A stretch of DNA of 63,928 bases, filler included, from Chiloscyllium plagiosum (GCF_004010195.1; 5 parts of one record of this genome joined end to end with filler, not necessarily neighbours in it), one strand, 5' to 3'; counted from the first letter of the whole stretch, positions 24,686 through 38,249 are shown. Numbers and translations: made by a program. Notes: generated by a model not told the origin, from the sequence alone.

Positions 24686-26397
24686 GAGTCATAGAGATGT
24701 ACAGCATGAAAACAGACCCTTCGGTCCAACCCGTCCATGCTGATCAGATATTCCAACCCAATCTAGTCCCACCTGCCAGCACTCGGCCCATATCCCTCCA
24801 AACAAAATGTTGCAATTGTACCAGTCTCCACCACTTCCTCTGACAGCTCATTCCATACATGTACCACCCTCTGCGTGAAAAAGTTACCCCGTAGGTCTCT
24901 TTTATATCTTTCCCCTCTCACCCTAAATCTATGCCCTCTAGTTCTGGACTCCCCGATCCCAGAGAAAAGACTTTGTCTATTTATCCAATCCATGCCCCTC
25001 ATAATTTTGTAAACCTCTATAAGGTCACCCCTCAGCCTCCGACGCTCCAGGGAAAGCAGCCCCAGCNNNNNNNNNNNNNNNNNNNNNNNNNNNNNNNNNN
25101 NNNNNNNNNNNNNNNNNNNNNNNNNNNNNNNNNNNNNNNNNNNNNNNNNNNNNNNNNNNNNNNNNNNNNNNNNNNNNNNNNNNNNNNNNNNNNNNNNNNN
25201 NNNNNNNNNNNNNNNNNNNNNNNNNNNNNNNNNNNNNNNNNNNNNNNNNNNNNNNNNNNNNNNNNNNNNNNNNNNNNNNNNNNNNNNNNNNNNNNNNNNN
25301 NNNNNNNNNNNNNNNNNNNNNNNNNNNNNNNNNNNNNNNNNNNNNNNNNNNNNNNNNNNNNNNNNNNNNNNNNNNNNNNNNNNNNNNNNNNNNNNNNNNN
25401 NNNNNNNNNNNNNNNNNNNNNNNNNNNNNNNNNNNNNNNNNNNNNNNNNNNNNNNNNNNNCACCACCCTCTGTCTTCTACCTTTGAGCCAGTTCAGTATC
25501 CAAATGGCTAGTTCTCCCTGTATTCCATGAGATCTAACCTTGCTAATCAGTCTCCCATGGGGAACCTTTTCGAACGCCTTACTGAAGTCCATATAGATCA
25601 CATCTACCACTCTGCCCTCATCAATCTTCTTTGTTACTTCTTCAAAATACTCAATCAAGATTGTGAGACATGATTTCCCACGCAAAACCCATGTTGACTA
25701 TCTCTAATCAGTCCTTTCCTTTCCAAATACATGTACATCCTGTCCCTCAGGATTCCCTCCAGCAACTTGCCCATCACCAATGTCAGGCTCACCGGTCTAT
25801 AGTTCCCTCGCTTGTCCTCACCACCCTTCTTAAACAGAGCCACCATGTTTGCCAACCTCCAGTCTTCCAGCACCTCACCTGTGACTATCGATGATACAAA
25901 TATCTCAGCAAGAGGCCCAGCAATCACTTCTGTAGCTTCCCACAGCGTTCTCGGGTACACCTGATCAGGTCCTGGGGATTTATCCACTTTTATGCGTTTC
26001 AAGACATTCAGCATTTCTTCCTCTGTAATATGGACATTTTGCAAGATGTCACCATCTATTTCGCTACAGTCTATATCTTCCATATCCTTTTCCACAGTAA
26101 ATACTGATGCAAAATACTCACTTAATATCTCCCCCATTTTCTGCAGCTCCACGTAAAGGCTGCCTTGCTGATCTTTGAGGGGCCCTATTCTCTCTCCAGT
26201 TACCCTTTTTTCCTTAATGTATTTGTAAAAACCCTTTGGATTCTCCTTAATTGAATTTGCCAAAGCTATCTCATGTCACCGTTTTGCCCTCCTGATTTCC
26301 CTCTTAAGTATACTCCTACTTTCTTTATACTCTTCTCAGGATTCACTCGATCTATCCTGTCTATACCTTACATATGGTTTCTTCTTTTTCTTAACCA
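24686..26397 (-). mobile_element. Young CR1 LINE ORF2 (RT), inserted in an older + strand CR1 fragment; spans gap 25067-25460
   Basis: 202-aa open frame IKENPKGFYKYIK...KSPGPD...NYRPVSLT...DSQHGF, then GKSCLT...YMDFSKAFEKVPH; 3' tail at 24686. Confidence 0.92.
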
Positions 26398-27029
26398 TTA
26401 AGATTGAGATGACGAGAATTTCTTCTGACAGAGGGTTGAGTGTCTTTGGAACTCATTGCCACAGGGAGCTCTGGGGTTACAGTCCTTCTGTATATTTAAG
26501 GCTGAGATAAATTGATTCTTAATAAGTAGGAATCAAGAAAGTGGATATAAGAAATGTTGGATCAGCCATGATCTTATCGAATGGCAGAGCTAGCTCGAGG
26601 AGCAAAACAGCCTAGTTCTGTTCCTATTTGTTATGGTCTTATGGTGTGTGAGGAGTGATGAGTGGTGCTGAATATTGCACAATCATCAGCAAATGTCCCC
26701 CACTTCTGACTTTATGATAGAGGGAATGTCGTTGATGAAGCAATTGAAATTGTTTGGCCTGAGGACAATATCCTGAAGAACTCGTGCAGAGATTTACCTT
26801 TGAAGAACATTTTTCTTCCCCTTTCATTACATTCATGCACAAGGAATTGGGGCTTCCTACCTTTAACCTTCCTTGCTTGTCAGCCTGTTAAGTAGAGGGA
26901 GAGAGAGAAAGAGAAAGTGAGGACTGCAGATCCTGGAGCTCAGTGTCGAAGAGTGTGCTGCTGGAAACGTACAGCAGGTCAGGCAGCACCCGAGGAGCAG
27001 GAGAATCGACATTTCGGGCATAAGCCCAA

Positions 27030-27810
27030 GACGTTGTAATTGGACCACCCGCCACCACTTGCTCTGGCAGCTCATTCTATATACGCACCACCCTCTGTGT
27101 GAAAAAGTAGCTCCTCGGGTCCCTTTTAAATCTTTCCCCTCTCACCCTAAACCAATGCCCCCTACTTCTGGACTCCCCTAACCCAGGGAAAAGACCTTAT
27201 CTAAATTAAACTCCATCTGCCACTCCTCAGCCCACTGGCCCATCTGATTAAGATCCCATTGTACTCTGAGGTAATCTTCTTCGCTGTCCAATTTTGGTGT
27301 GTGATCTGCAAAATTCCTAACCATACCTCCTATGTTCACATCCAAATCATTTATATAAATGAAAAAAAGCAATGGACTCAGCACTGATCCTTGTGGCACA
27401 CTGCTGGTCACAGACCTCTATTCCAAAACACAGCTCTCCACCACCATTGCCTGTCTTCTACCTTTGAGCCAATTTTGTATCCAAATGGTTAGCTCTCAGT
27501 GTACTCCATGTGATCTAACCTTGCTGACCAGTCTACCATGCGGAACCTTATCGAATGGCCAACTAAAGTCCACATAGACAACATCTACCGCTCTGCCTTC
27601 ATCAATCTTCTTCTTCAAAAAGATTAATCATATTATTGAGGCACGATTTCCCACACAAAAAGTCATGTTAACTATCCCTAATCAATCCTTGCTTTTCCAA
27701 ATACAGGTAAATCCAGTCCGTCAGACTCCCGTCCAATAACTTACCCAGCACTGATGTCAGGCTGACCGGTTAGTAATTCCTGGTTTTTCCTTATCATCTT
27801 GCTTAAATAA
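27030..27810 (-). mobile_element. CR1 RT fragment, internally deleted
   Basis: [23 protein letters not shown]...FAD. Confidence 0.85.
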
Positions 27811-28899
27811 TGGATGCTTGATGGGCATGTTTCATTAGCAATGTCATGAGTGAATTGGAAAGGAAAGATTTGCAGTGCTTTGAAAGAAATGAAGCAGAAT
27901 TAATTAGATAGCTGCTTCAGAGACCCAGTGCAGAAATGATAAGCTGAATGGCCTCTGTTTCATATGATTCTATGATTTCAGCATTCCTGTCACTACTCCT
28001 ATTTTCCACTTTCTCTCCATCTCTTATAAATTTCACCTGACCATTCTATGTGAGGAGTGCTGTATGAGGGATTATATTATGTATTTGTTGTGTTGAACAA
28101 CAAGCAGCTGTTATTCCCCCCCCCCCCCCCAATAACCAGTTCCTCATCCATTCCGGCTTTTAATTTCAGCAAGTGTCAACATTTTTCTTTTCGTGATTTG
28201 ACAGTTGAATTCAAGAAGTGAGTAATGCATAAATAGTTTTTGCAGAATTGCCTCAGTCATTGCTAAAAGCCCTCAAGAGATTTGAAACAGCTTGAAAATT
28301 TGATTCACCACTGAGTACAACGCTTCTTGTTGATACAAACAAAGGACCTTCAAAAAATCTTTTTGACTTCTCAGACTTGCCGATTTGTTTAGCTCTGGAG
28401 TCAATGCCGTCTAAATCATGGAATCATATTCTTCCAATCCAGGCAGATTGTGATTCATTACAACGTCGGTCTACTGTTTCTGAATGAATTTTCTTTTTCT
28501 CTACCCCTTTTGTCTTTGCTTCGTTTGAAGACATACACTCTCATATGAGTATCACCTGCCTTCTATCCCAATCAATGCAGTGAACATTAGTAGATTTATT
28601 TGACTATAAAGGGTTGGGGAAGCCTAGCTAGATTCTCATCCAACATTCCCACACACAGGCTTGACTTTGTGCAACACTGTAAAACGTGTGATAGAGAGGC
28701 AGCAGCTGCTTTTAGTCCTTCCCTTTTGTTTTTCCATTACCACATTGTCACAAAAAGTCAAGATCTAGTCCACAGTTTGTAATTTTGCATGTGATAACTC
28801 TGGCACTTTTTCTCTCAAGACAAAGATTGCTGAGGTGAATTGTAGTACCTACTACCACCATTGCTGAGATCAGCTAAGTCAGCACAGATCATAAATGAT

Positions 28900-30280
28900 T
28901 AGACCATAAGAAATAAGTGTAGAATTAGACCATTCAGCCCATCAAGTCTGCTCCACCTTCAGTCATGGTTAATATGTTTCCCATTCTCTTGCCTTCTCTC
29001 CATAAACCTGATCCTCGTAGCAATCAAGGAGCTATCTATGTCTGTCTTAAATTCACTCAATGACTTCGATTCCACAGCCCTCTGTGACAATGAGTTCCAC
29101 AGATTCGCCACCTTCTTCCTCATTTCAGTTCTAAAGGGTCGGCCTTGCACTCGGAGACTGTGCCCTCAGATTCTAGTCCTTCCTACAGTGGAAACATATT
29201 TTCCATGTCCACTCTATCCAGGCCTATCAGTATTCTGAAAGTTTCAATCAAATCTCCCCTCATCCTTCTGAACTCCATTGAGCACAGACCCAGAGTCCTC
29301 AGCCATTCTTCATATGACAAGTCCTTCATCCCTGGGATCATTACTGTGAATCTCCTCTGGAGCCCCTCACAGGGGCTTCCTTTGATATAGGGCCCAAAAC
29401 TGGACACAATATTCGAAACGTGGTCTGGCCAAAGCCTTGACCAGTGCATACCGCCTCATCAGTACATCTCTGATGTATTCTAGTCTTCTTGAAATGAATG
29501 CTAACATTGCATTTGCCATCTTAACTGCCACTGCCCCTGTTTGTTAACCTTAAGACAATGTTGAACTAGGACTCCAAAGTTGCTTTGTACTTCAGATTTC
29601 CGAAACCTTTCCCCATTTAGAAAATAGTCTGTGCCTCTTTTCTTCCTACCAAAGTGCATAACCTCACACTTTTCCACATTGGATTGCATCTGCCATTTCT
29701 TTACCCAGTCTCCTAGCTTGTCCAGTTCTTTCTGCAGCCTCCCTCTTACTCAACACTACCTGCCCCTCGATGTATCTTTGTGTGATCTGCAAACTTAGTG
29801 ACAATACCCTCGGTTCCTTAATCCAGACCATTAATGCATGACATGAATAGTTATGGTCCCAACACTGACTCCGGTGGAACTCCACTAGTCACGAGCTGCT
29901 ATTTTGATAAAGACACTCTCCTCACTCTCTGCCTTCTGCCAGTCAGCCAATCCTCTAACCACATCCCGACCTAGTCCCTAACCATGGGCTGTTATTTTGT
30001 ATAGCAGCCTCCTGTGTAGCATCCTGTAAAAGTCCTTTTGAAAATCCAAATAAATCATAGCCACTGACTGTCCTTTGCCTAACTTATTTGTTGTCTCTTC
30101 AAAGCCTTATCAAAGATTTGTCAGGGACAACCTCCCCTTGATGAAGCCATGGAGACTCCATCCCATTTTAACATGCACTTCCAAGTGCTGTGCAATCTCA
30201 TCCTTAATAATGGACTCTAAAATATTACCAATGACTAAGGTCAAGCTAACCAGCCTAAAGTTTCTTGTCTTTTGTTCTCT
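28900..30280 (-). mobile_element. CR1 LINE ORF2 to 3' end
   Basis: KCEVMHFGRK, LQRRFTVMIPGMK, RGDLIETFRIL; tail tcttatggtct. Confidence 0.88.
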
Positions 30281-30589
30281 CTGGGTCTGGGACCTTCCTG
30301 GTTACTGAACAATGCATTGACAGTGATCCCACTGTGATTGTGTATTTCGTCATAGAATGACAGAATTTTAAGGTATCAAAGGAAGCTATTCAGCCCATCA
30401 CACCTGCACCGGTTTTCTTACCTGACTGCTTTTCCCCATTTCCCTACACACGTTTTCTTTATAAATAATCATCCAATGCGGTCTTGAATGCCTATGAATG
30501 CATGAACTAGAAGTTTGCTATCTATAGTGCTCCATATTATAGTTCTGGCTGTAAAGTTTTAACAGTATGAAGCACTTATTTATCACCGT

Positions 30590-30895
30590 GGGGTGGCACA
30601 GTGGCTCAGTGGTTAGCATTGCTGCCTCACAGCACCGGGGACCTAGGTTCAGTTCTGGCCTTGTGCGGAGTTTGCACATTCTCCCTGTGTCTGCGTGGGT
30701 TTCCTCCAGGTGCTCCGGTTTCCTCCCACAGTCCAAAGATGTGCAGGTCAGGCGAATTGGCCGTGCTAAATTGCCCATAGTGTTAGGTGCATTAGTCAGA
30801 GGGAAATGGGTATGGGTGGGTTACTCTTCGAAGGGTCAGTGTGGACTTGTTGGGCTGAAGGGCCTGTTTCCACACTTTAGGGAATCTAGTCTAAA
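30590..30895 (+). mobile_element. tRNA-derived V-SINE (HE1-like)
   Basis: gtggcacagtggctcagtggttagcattgctgcctcacagc head, then V-domain and CR1-like tail. Confidence 0.88.
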
Positions 30896-31541
30896 CACTA
30901 TTTCAGGAGGGTTGCTGAAGTTACTATTGATTTTGATTTAAGTAGAGGCAGTTTGGATGAAGATGATTAAATTACTGTGAAAGCCAAGACGCCTCTTCTT
31001 GATAATTGGTTTGCTGTAATTTATCTCGATAAATTAAATGGGAATTCTGAATTGTTGTGTTACAGTATATGATATCCTGACCTGAACTGCAACTAGACAC
31101 AAAGTAAAGATTTGTTCCATTTCTCACCCCAGTGAGTACATTCACATTGGGACATTCATCTCCAAATGCATGGCAATCCTATTTAAAAGGATTAAATAGC
31201 TTGTAGTGAATCACACAAAAATGATTTTGAAAACAACAACTTGTGTTTATATAGCATTTTGATGCAGTATGCCATCCTTTCACTGGAGTGTTTTCCAGGC
31301 ACATGTTTAAAGGACAATTTGAAAGGGTGAGAGAGATGAAAAGGCAAAGAGGGTTTTGGAGGAAATTCCAGAGTTTATAGGACCCAGGTGGAGAGATGAA
31401 AATCAAGTATGCACAGAGGCCAGAATTAAAGTAATGAAGGTATGTTTGAGGGCTGTAGGAGATGAGGAATGTAAAATCAGTCTTGAGTTTTCAATGCTGA
31501 CAGAATAAGAGATGAGTAAGGAATGTTGTTTTTCACTCCAG

Positions 31542-31673
31542 GTAATAGCCATAAAGATTCAATCCAAGACACCTCTGTCCCAGGATACAGAGTGATTGTG
31601 CACATTGATCTGGATTGCTTCTATGCTCAGGTGGAAATGCTCCGAAACCCTGAATTTCAAGGCAAGCCTTTAG
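31542..31673 (+). CDS. POLI: DNA polymerase iota coding exon 2 (Y-family palm motif I)
   Basis: Acceptor tttttcactccag| and donor TTAG|GTAATC; 132 nt, phase 1-1. Encodes (G)NSHKDSIQDTSVPGYRVIVHIDLDCFYAQVEMLRNPEFQGKPL, compared with human RVIVHVDLDCFYAQVEMISNPELKDKPL. The FYAQ steric-gate tyrosine fits iota. Confidence 0.95.
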
Positions 31674-33059
31674 GTAATCAAATGTTAACTCTCTCTTTGC
31701 ATAGAATGATATTCATACAATAAATTTTCATTGTGGTTGATTGACTTGTAACAAGCTGGTCTGACGTCACATTTCTGCTGTCAACTGAACAAAAAAAGGT
31801 TTGGTCCATGATCTCTCCTCCTCTGTACTTCCTTATGCCCATGCCCATGCCCAAGGACACTTCTCTTTCTCACTGACTTGATAAAGCCAACCCCGAATGC
31901 CATCTCTAACACAGGGTGAATTTTATCTCTCAGTTGAAAGCTGGAGAACTGCCAGTGCTGAGCTGGCTTTGGTCCTTTTTGGTCCATGGCCTCATTAATA
32001 TACAGCTGGCCTCAAGCCCATTTAAAACCAGGCATCCAAGCAATGTCAGGTTACTTAATGAATGAGACATTGTTCGGGAAGACTGGATGGGCATTGTGCC
32101 ACAGCATCTCAGTTGGCATTCATCCTTTAATAACCCAGAGCTGCAGGAGTAACTCTGGTCTACAATAATAAGCCTTAAGATTTCCTGTCAGAAGCTTTGT
32201 CTGTTGTCCACTAGGGTCTGCTGAGTGGAGCAGCTTGGTATATTGCGTGGCATATTCATAAGGCTGGCATTTCATCCATTCTAGAAAAAATGGGAGTGTT
32301 AAAAGACAGCGGAACTAAGGAAATTTAGCAAAATATTTTAAAAATTTGAAGGGCTAACATAAAGTGAACAGAGTTCTTTCACCTTGTCAAAGAATCAGTA
32401 AATAGGGAATCATCAGTTTTAAAATTGCCATAAATTGAGAGTGGGTGGGATAAATTTGCATCTGCAGGGGGTTGATACAACATGGGATGGTTTCCCATAG
32501 GGGACCTAAAATGGTTTTTCAAAATGTCAGGGTAAGACTGAATTTGATTCAGAGAGAGATGCAGTCTGTGGTGAGTGCAGTTAGTCTTTGGCTGCTCCAG
32601 TTAAGAATCAGCATCGATAAACATCTGCAGTTCTGTTTACAGCAGATCGTCAGAGTGTTTATGACAGCATTTACCTGCTGGCCTTGTCTGGTTACATTTA
32701 GTATGTCTTCACACAGTACCTGTGAATATGACCATGTCTCGATGAAAGCAGATGTATTGCTGATTTAAAACACTTCTCTTACAGTCAGCTCAGCTTTCGC
32801 ACTGTAGAGTTTCTATAATTCTTTGGCTTGTCCTTCCATTGAAGTAACAGCTTAGACAGATTGGAAAATCTGTCAGTGGTAAACTTGTGACAGAAGCTGT
32901 CAGGCAGGCTCAGTTGGAGGGGTTGTCCATGAAAATATCGATAGGACTGACCTCCGCACAGTCTTTCTGGAAATGAAAATCTGTATTCATGTTGAGATAC
33001 ATTCCATTGTGTTGTGTGGCACCATCATTGTACTAAATGGAATATACTTTGAGTAGCTC

Positions 33060-33282
33060 TGGGGTAAGGAGAAAATGAGGACTGCAGATACTGGAGATCA
33101 GAGTCGAAAAGTGTGGTGCTGGAAAAGCAAAGCGGGCCACGCAGCATCCAAGGAACAAGAGAATCGACGTTTCTCCTGAGGCCACATTCCTGATGAAAGG
33201 CTTATGCCCGAAACCTCGCCTTGCCTGCTCCTCGGATGCAGCCTGACCCGCTGTGCTTTTCCAGCGCCGCACTTTAGATCTA
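33060..33282. mobile_element. Palindromic PLE mini-element with TSD gagtagctc
   Basis: Inverted arms gtgctggaaaagca...gcagcatcc / ggatgcagc...gcttttccagc. Hammerhead-like ctgatgaaaggcttatgcccgaaac. TSD at 33051-33059 and 33283-33291. Confidence 0.78.
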
Positions 33283-34427
33283 GAGTAGCTCAAGTCTGGG
33301 CAACCATTACGCGTTTACAGCCATCACCTTCAGCAGAATTGTACTCCAACACAATTTGCCACCTTGTAGCCTGGCACATTCCTACCCAACGATTACAGAA
33401 ACTAAAGTCGCTGTAGTCTTATCAGACCAAGGGGCTTCTCATGAAAGAGAGAGAGAGAGAGACTACTACTCACCACCACCATTGCCAATGATGGCCAATA
33501 AATGCTGGTCCAGGCATCAATGCCCAAGTCTTATGAGTGAACAAAAATATTTCTGTTGTTATAGCCCGTGGAGAGAATCATAACTTTTCAAAGGATCTTT
33601 GAACTTCTAGTTGATAATTGAATGAATGCCTAAGTAAGATTTTTGCATTTTAAACCTTTAACTGGAGTCAATAACTAAAAAAGAAATGCTTAAATAATAC
33701 TTACATTTTATGTCAGCAAATGATACTTTAAGCTGTAGTACGTGCGTTCCACAGGTATTATCTATCACATTCTTGGGAATTACAGTCATTCTTAGCCATT
33801 AGTTCATAGTTGCTCCCAGCTTCTAATAAGTTCCAGTATCCCCATTTGCCAAGCAGTAAGTTGTAGTAACCATCTCTAGGCACTTCCCTGTTTTCAGAAG
33901 TTCCTTAAATCCAGCAGTTGACCCACTTCTGATGATTCTCTGCCTCTTGGCCATGCCAGAACAAAACTCCCTGGAACCTGCAGTTGGCTGCAGAATGTAT
34001 CTCTTTGATTAGAGAGAGTATCTCTGTCTGCTGACCACACACAACTTTGACTGTCTGTTTGAGATATTCGTTGAATATATGGAAAACCTTGTGAAACTCA
34101 TTACCTTATGTCTAGGTAGAAATGCTACCTTGACCGTAATTTCCTTTCACCTTAGAAGAAAATGGATAATTTAATTACACCACAATTGCTTATAGTCTGA
34201 AATAATGTTCTAGAATTTTATAAAACTCAGGGTCTACTCATAATAAATTCAGAGACTGCCATTATTGTCTCCACCTCGTTGCTAGCAACCAATTTAAACA
34301 TGTTGTTGATCAGTAACAGTCAAACCATGCAGACTTAAGATACAATCCTAAAATATAATACTCTAATAAACCTCAATATTGTAAACTTCCTGATCCCCTA
34401 ATAATGCCTCTTTCTTTTCTCTTTTAG

Positions 34428-34592
34428 CTGTTCATCAGAAACATATGGTGGTCACTTGTAATTATGAAGCCAGGAAATGTGGGGTTAGTAAAGTAATGTC
34501 AGTCTTTGAAGCCTTAGAAATATGTCCAGAAATGGTTCTTATCTGTGGAGAAGATTTGACACACTACAGAGAAATTTCATACAAAATCACAG
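34428..34592 (+). CDS. POLI: DNA polymerase iota coding exon 3 (finger domain)
   Basis: Strong acceptor tttcttttctcttttag| and donor ACAG|GTACCT; 165 nt, phase 1-1. Encodes (A)VHQKHMVVTCNYEARKCGVSKVMSVFEALEICPEMVLICGEDLTHYREISYKIT, compared with human VQQKYLVVTCNYEARKLGVKKLMNVRDAKEKCPQLVLVNGEDLTRYREMSYKVT. Not in the ORF track. Confidence 0.95.
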
Positions 34593-35414
34593 GTACCTGG
34601 ATTTAGATTTTTAATATTTTGTTTTTGTTTTCTCCTTCATGATGCAATGTTTAGAAAGTTTTGTTTTGTTTTGGCTGCTCTAACTTCAGTTTTCCTCCCT
34701 TTCTCTGAAGGTTGAGATTCTCACAGTTTTACAGGTGACAGTCTGGATTTCATTCAAGTGGCCATGTTCATGTTGGACTTGGGCTGTGCATGTTAGCAAA
34801 TTACAAAACCACAAAGTGACATTGAAGCTGAACTTTCTACTGTGCTCAAACAACTTAAGCACGTGTGTGATTTATAGCTGGCATCACTGAATAGTGACCA
34901 AGAACAAGGGCATTTGCCGATTTTCATTCTCTTTCTACATTCCAGGATATTGAGAACAAAAGTAATGCTAATTACTTACGCAGCGTCATAAATCAGGAAA
35001 ATCCGTTCCATACTTGACACAGAGTTGTAGACTGTAAGATTGAAATTTCAGTTTATTGAATCTTACATCGAGATAAAAAAGGACCTAATATTAATCAAAA
35101 GTTGCTATGAATAAAACCAGTTTATTGGCTGTCTGTGGTTTACAAGCTAAAGAGTTAAATAAAAATGCTTTCAACTGTGGAACACAGTCCAGAGTGCAGG
35201 GCAATCAAGTCATTCTTCTTGTAAAACCAAAGTGACCGTCTTAATATGTTTTTATTCTCTCAATTGTGTTTCTACTTGGCATTTCTCAGCTTTGGTACTT
35301 AACTCTTCCACTGCAGTACCTTTTTGTTCTCATAAGCTTGCAATGTTTTTGAGGTGTTGAAGTATTTACTGGTTGAATCAAAACAAACTTGCAAAGATCC
35401 TGAGCACTGTCAGT

Positions 35415-36420
35415 AACAGAACATAGAATATTGGCAGTACAGCACAGGAACAGGACCTTTGGCCCACTCTATCTGTGCCGACCATGATGTAATTCTAAAC
35501 TAATCCCATCTGCCTGCTTGTTGTCTAAATCCCTCTGTTCCCTGCCTCTTCATGTGTTTGTCTGAAAGCCTCTTAAACATTCAAATCTATCTGCTTCTAC
35601 AGCCTCCCCTGGCAGCGCAATGCAGGCATGTACCACACCTCCATGAAAGATTTGCCTCACACATCTCCTTTAAACTTTCCCCCTCTCAGCTTAAACCCTG
35701 TTGTGTTTGACACTTCCATCCTGAGAGAAAGACTCCAACTATCAGCTCTATCCATGCCTCTTGTAATTTTACATACTTCTATCAGGTCACCCTTTGGCCT
35801 CCAATGCTTCAGCAAAAACAATCCAAGTTTGCCTAACTTCTCCTAATCGCTAATACATTCCAATCCAGGCAACATTCTCTTTTGCACCCTCTCCAAAGCC
35901 TGAGCATCCTTTCTATTGTGTGGCAACCAGAACTACACACAATACTCCAAATGATCCTAAGTAAAGTTTTATATAGCTGCAACATGGCTTGCCAACTTTT
36001 AAACTCAGTTCCCTCACTGATGAAGGCAGGCAAGCCGTACACATTCTTGACTATCTTACGCACTTGTGTTCCCACTTTCAGAGAGCTACAAACTTGCACA
36101 CCAGGATCGCTGTGTATTTCAATGTTCCGAAGAGTCTTGTCATTTAATGTATACTTTCCTCTTGCGTTTGGCCTCCCAAATGCATTACCTCAAATCAGTC
36201 CGGATTAAATTCCATATGCCACATCCTGCCCAACTATCCAACTTATCTATATCCTACTGTATCCTTTGACAACCTTCCTCATTATCCACAACTCCTTCAC
36301 TTTCCATATATCTCCCAGCACTGATCCTTGCAGAAGTTGCAAGCTTCCAGTCAGAAAATTATCCCTTCATAACTACACTCTGTTTTCTATGACCAATCCA
36401 ATTTTATATCAAATTTACCA
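35415..36420 (-). mobile_element. CR1 LINE 3' part
   Basis: AMLQLYKTLLR... and a CR1 3'UTR ending ttctatgttct. Confidence 0.85.
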
Positions 36421-36423
36421 ATT

Positions 36424-36995
36424 TAAACTAGTAAGGTGGGGGGGTGGGACCCAGGGGAGATAGTGAAGAAAGAGGTCGATCTGAGATGGGTACAGCTGAG
36501 AACAGAAGTGAGTCAAACAGTCAGGGCAGGCAGGGACAAGGTAGGACTAATAAATTAAACTGCATTTATTTCAATGCAAGGGGCCTAACAGGGAAGGCAA
36601 ATGAACTCAGGGTNNNNNNNNNNNNNNNNNNNNNNNNNNNNNNNNNNNNNNNNNNNNTTAATTAATTAANNNNNNNNNNNNNNNNNNNNNNNNNNNNNNN
36701 NNNNNNNNNNNNNACCAGTGGAGTGCCACAAGGATCGGTGCTGGGCCCTCTACTTTTTGTCATTTACATAATTGATTTGGATGCGAGCATAAGAGGTACG
36801 GTTAGTAAATTTGCAGATGACACCAAAATTGGAGGTGTAGTGGACAACGAAAAGGGTTACCTCAGATTACAACAGGATCTGGACCAGATGGGCCAATGGG
36901 CTGAGAAGTGGCAGATGGAGTTTAATTCAGATAAATGTGAGATGCTGCATTTTGGGAAAGCAAATCTTAGCAGGACTTATACACTTAATGGTCGG
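36424..36995 (+). mobile_element. Young CR1 fragments flanking gap 36614-36713
   Basis: LNCIYFNARGL before the gap; [16 protein letters not shown]...FADDTKIGG after it. Confidence 0.88.
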
Positions 36996-37576
36996 GTTGT
37001 GTTGGCCAAATCCACCACAGAATTTGTGGATCCAGTCACAGATTCACAGAATTATTATTGTTCAGAAGGAGACCATTCAGCCCTTTGTGCCTTCTCCGGT
37101 TCTGTACCTACTGCCAAATTCCTGCGTTTTCCCTATATCTCTGCATTTCTTGCCAAATAATCATCCAATACCCTGTTGAATGCCTCAAATAAAACTACCT
37201 CCACCACATTTCCAGGAAGTGCATTCCATATCTTTACCACTCACTGTGTGAAAAAGATTTTCTCATGTCACCTTACTACTTTTGCATATGACCTTTCACA
37301 TTTTTTTTCCTTCTATAAGCGTGATGCAGAATCTGATGGTTGTTCTCTCAGCTTTAGTTCTGCAAGTGAAGGAGGCTTTGAATATGGTAGGCAAATGTAT
37401 TGACTAAAAATAAATCCACAAAGAGTCCTACATTAAGATTTGTAGGTAAGGGAGTTCAGTGCCATGACAGAGGAGCTTCAGTTGAAACAAATTGCAGACT
37501 AAATATGAAAGACATTAAGTGACAACATAGAATGAGCAAGTAAGTGATCGATGTCAGCAGCAGAATTTCAAATGTT

Positions 37577-37955
37577 TCAAGAAGCATGAGGTGAAAGAGA
37601 TTGAGGTGAGAGCGATGTGAGAGAATGGTGAGAACTATGATAGAGTGCTATGGAGTAGAGAGAGCACAGTGAGAATGGAGAGAGGGAAAAGAAAATGATG
37701 ATAGAGATGAGAGTGTAGTGAGAGGTGTGAGAAAGTGATGAGGAGGGGAAAGAGAACAACAAGACTGGAGCGACAGCAGTGAGAGGAAAAAGAACGTGGT
37801 GAGAAAGTGGTGAGGGGGGAGAAGGCACAATGAGAGGACAGAGTGCAATGAGAGGGGAGAGAGCACAGTGAAAGATGGGAGAGTGATGAGAAGGGTGAAG
37901 AGGGGAGAGCGCATGTGAAAAGAAGAAAGATAACAGTGAGATGGCAGTGAGAGCT
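37577..37955. repeat. Purine-rich (GA) low-complexity tract
   Basis: Degenerate gtgagag/gagagg repeats with a strong A+G bias on the + strand. Confidence 0.8.
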
Positions 37956-37989
37956 ATCCCCTATGTAGTCTGGGTAGCCACCTAGATAG

Positions 37990-38125
37990 GTAAAAACAAG
38001 GACTGCAGATGCTGGAAACCAGAGTCTAGATTAGAGTGGTGCTGGAAAAGCACAGCAGGTCAGGCAGCATCCGAGGAGCAGGAAAATCGACGTTACGGGC
38101 AAAAGCTCTTCATCAGGAATAGAGA
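37990..38125 (-). mobile_element. PLE terminal-repeat mini-element with an 11-bp TSD
   Basis: TSD cacctagatag at 37979-37989 and 38126-38136. Confidence 0.82.
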
Positions 38126-38249
38126 CACCTAGATAGTGCTATATCACAGGGAAACAGGTAAATGGTTGCTTGATGAGTATTTTGCTCGCTTTTGTGAAAA
38201 CATCTATAATTTATGAATGCTTGTCGAGCAGGAAGATTGAGAAAAATAA

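Noticed and set aside
24931..25685. Long ORFs of 199 and 217 aa
   Set aside because: They are open only because they read through the N gap; the flanks are CR1.
31523..31723. 66-aa ORF as a stand-alone DinB-like mini gene
   Set aside because: The homologous part is bounded by AG/GT splice sites and continues in frame at 34428, so it is a POLI exon.
37577..37914. Hydrophobic Leu/Ser-rich minus-strand ORFs resembling membrane proteins
   Set aside because: Translation of a low-complexity GA/TC tract.
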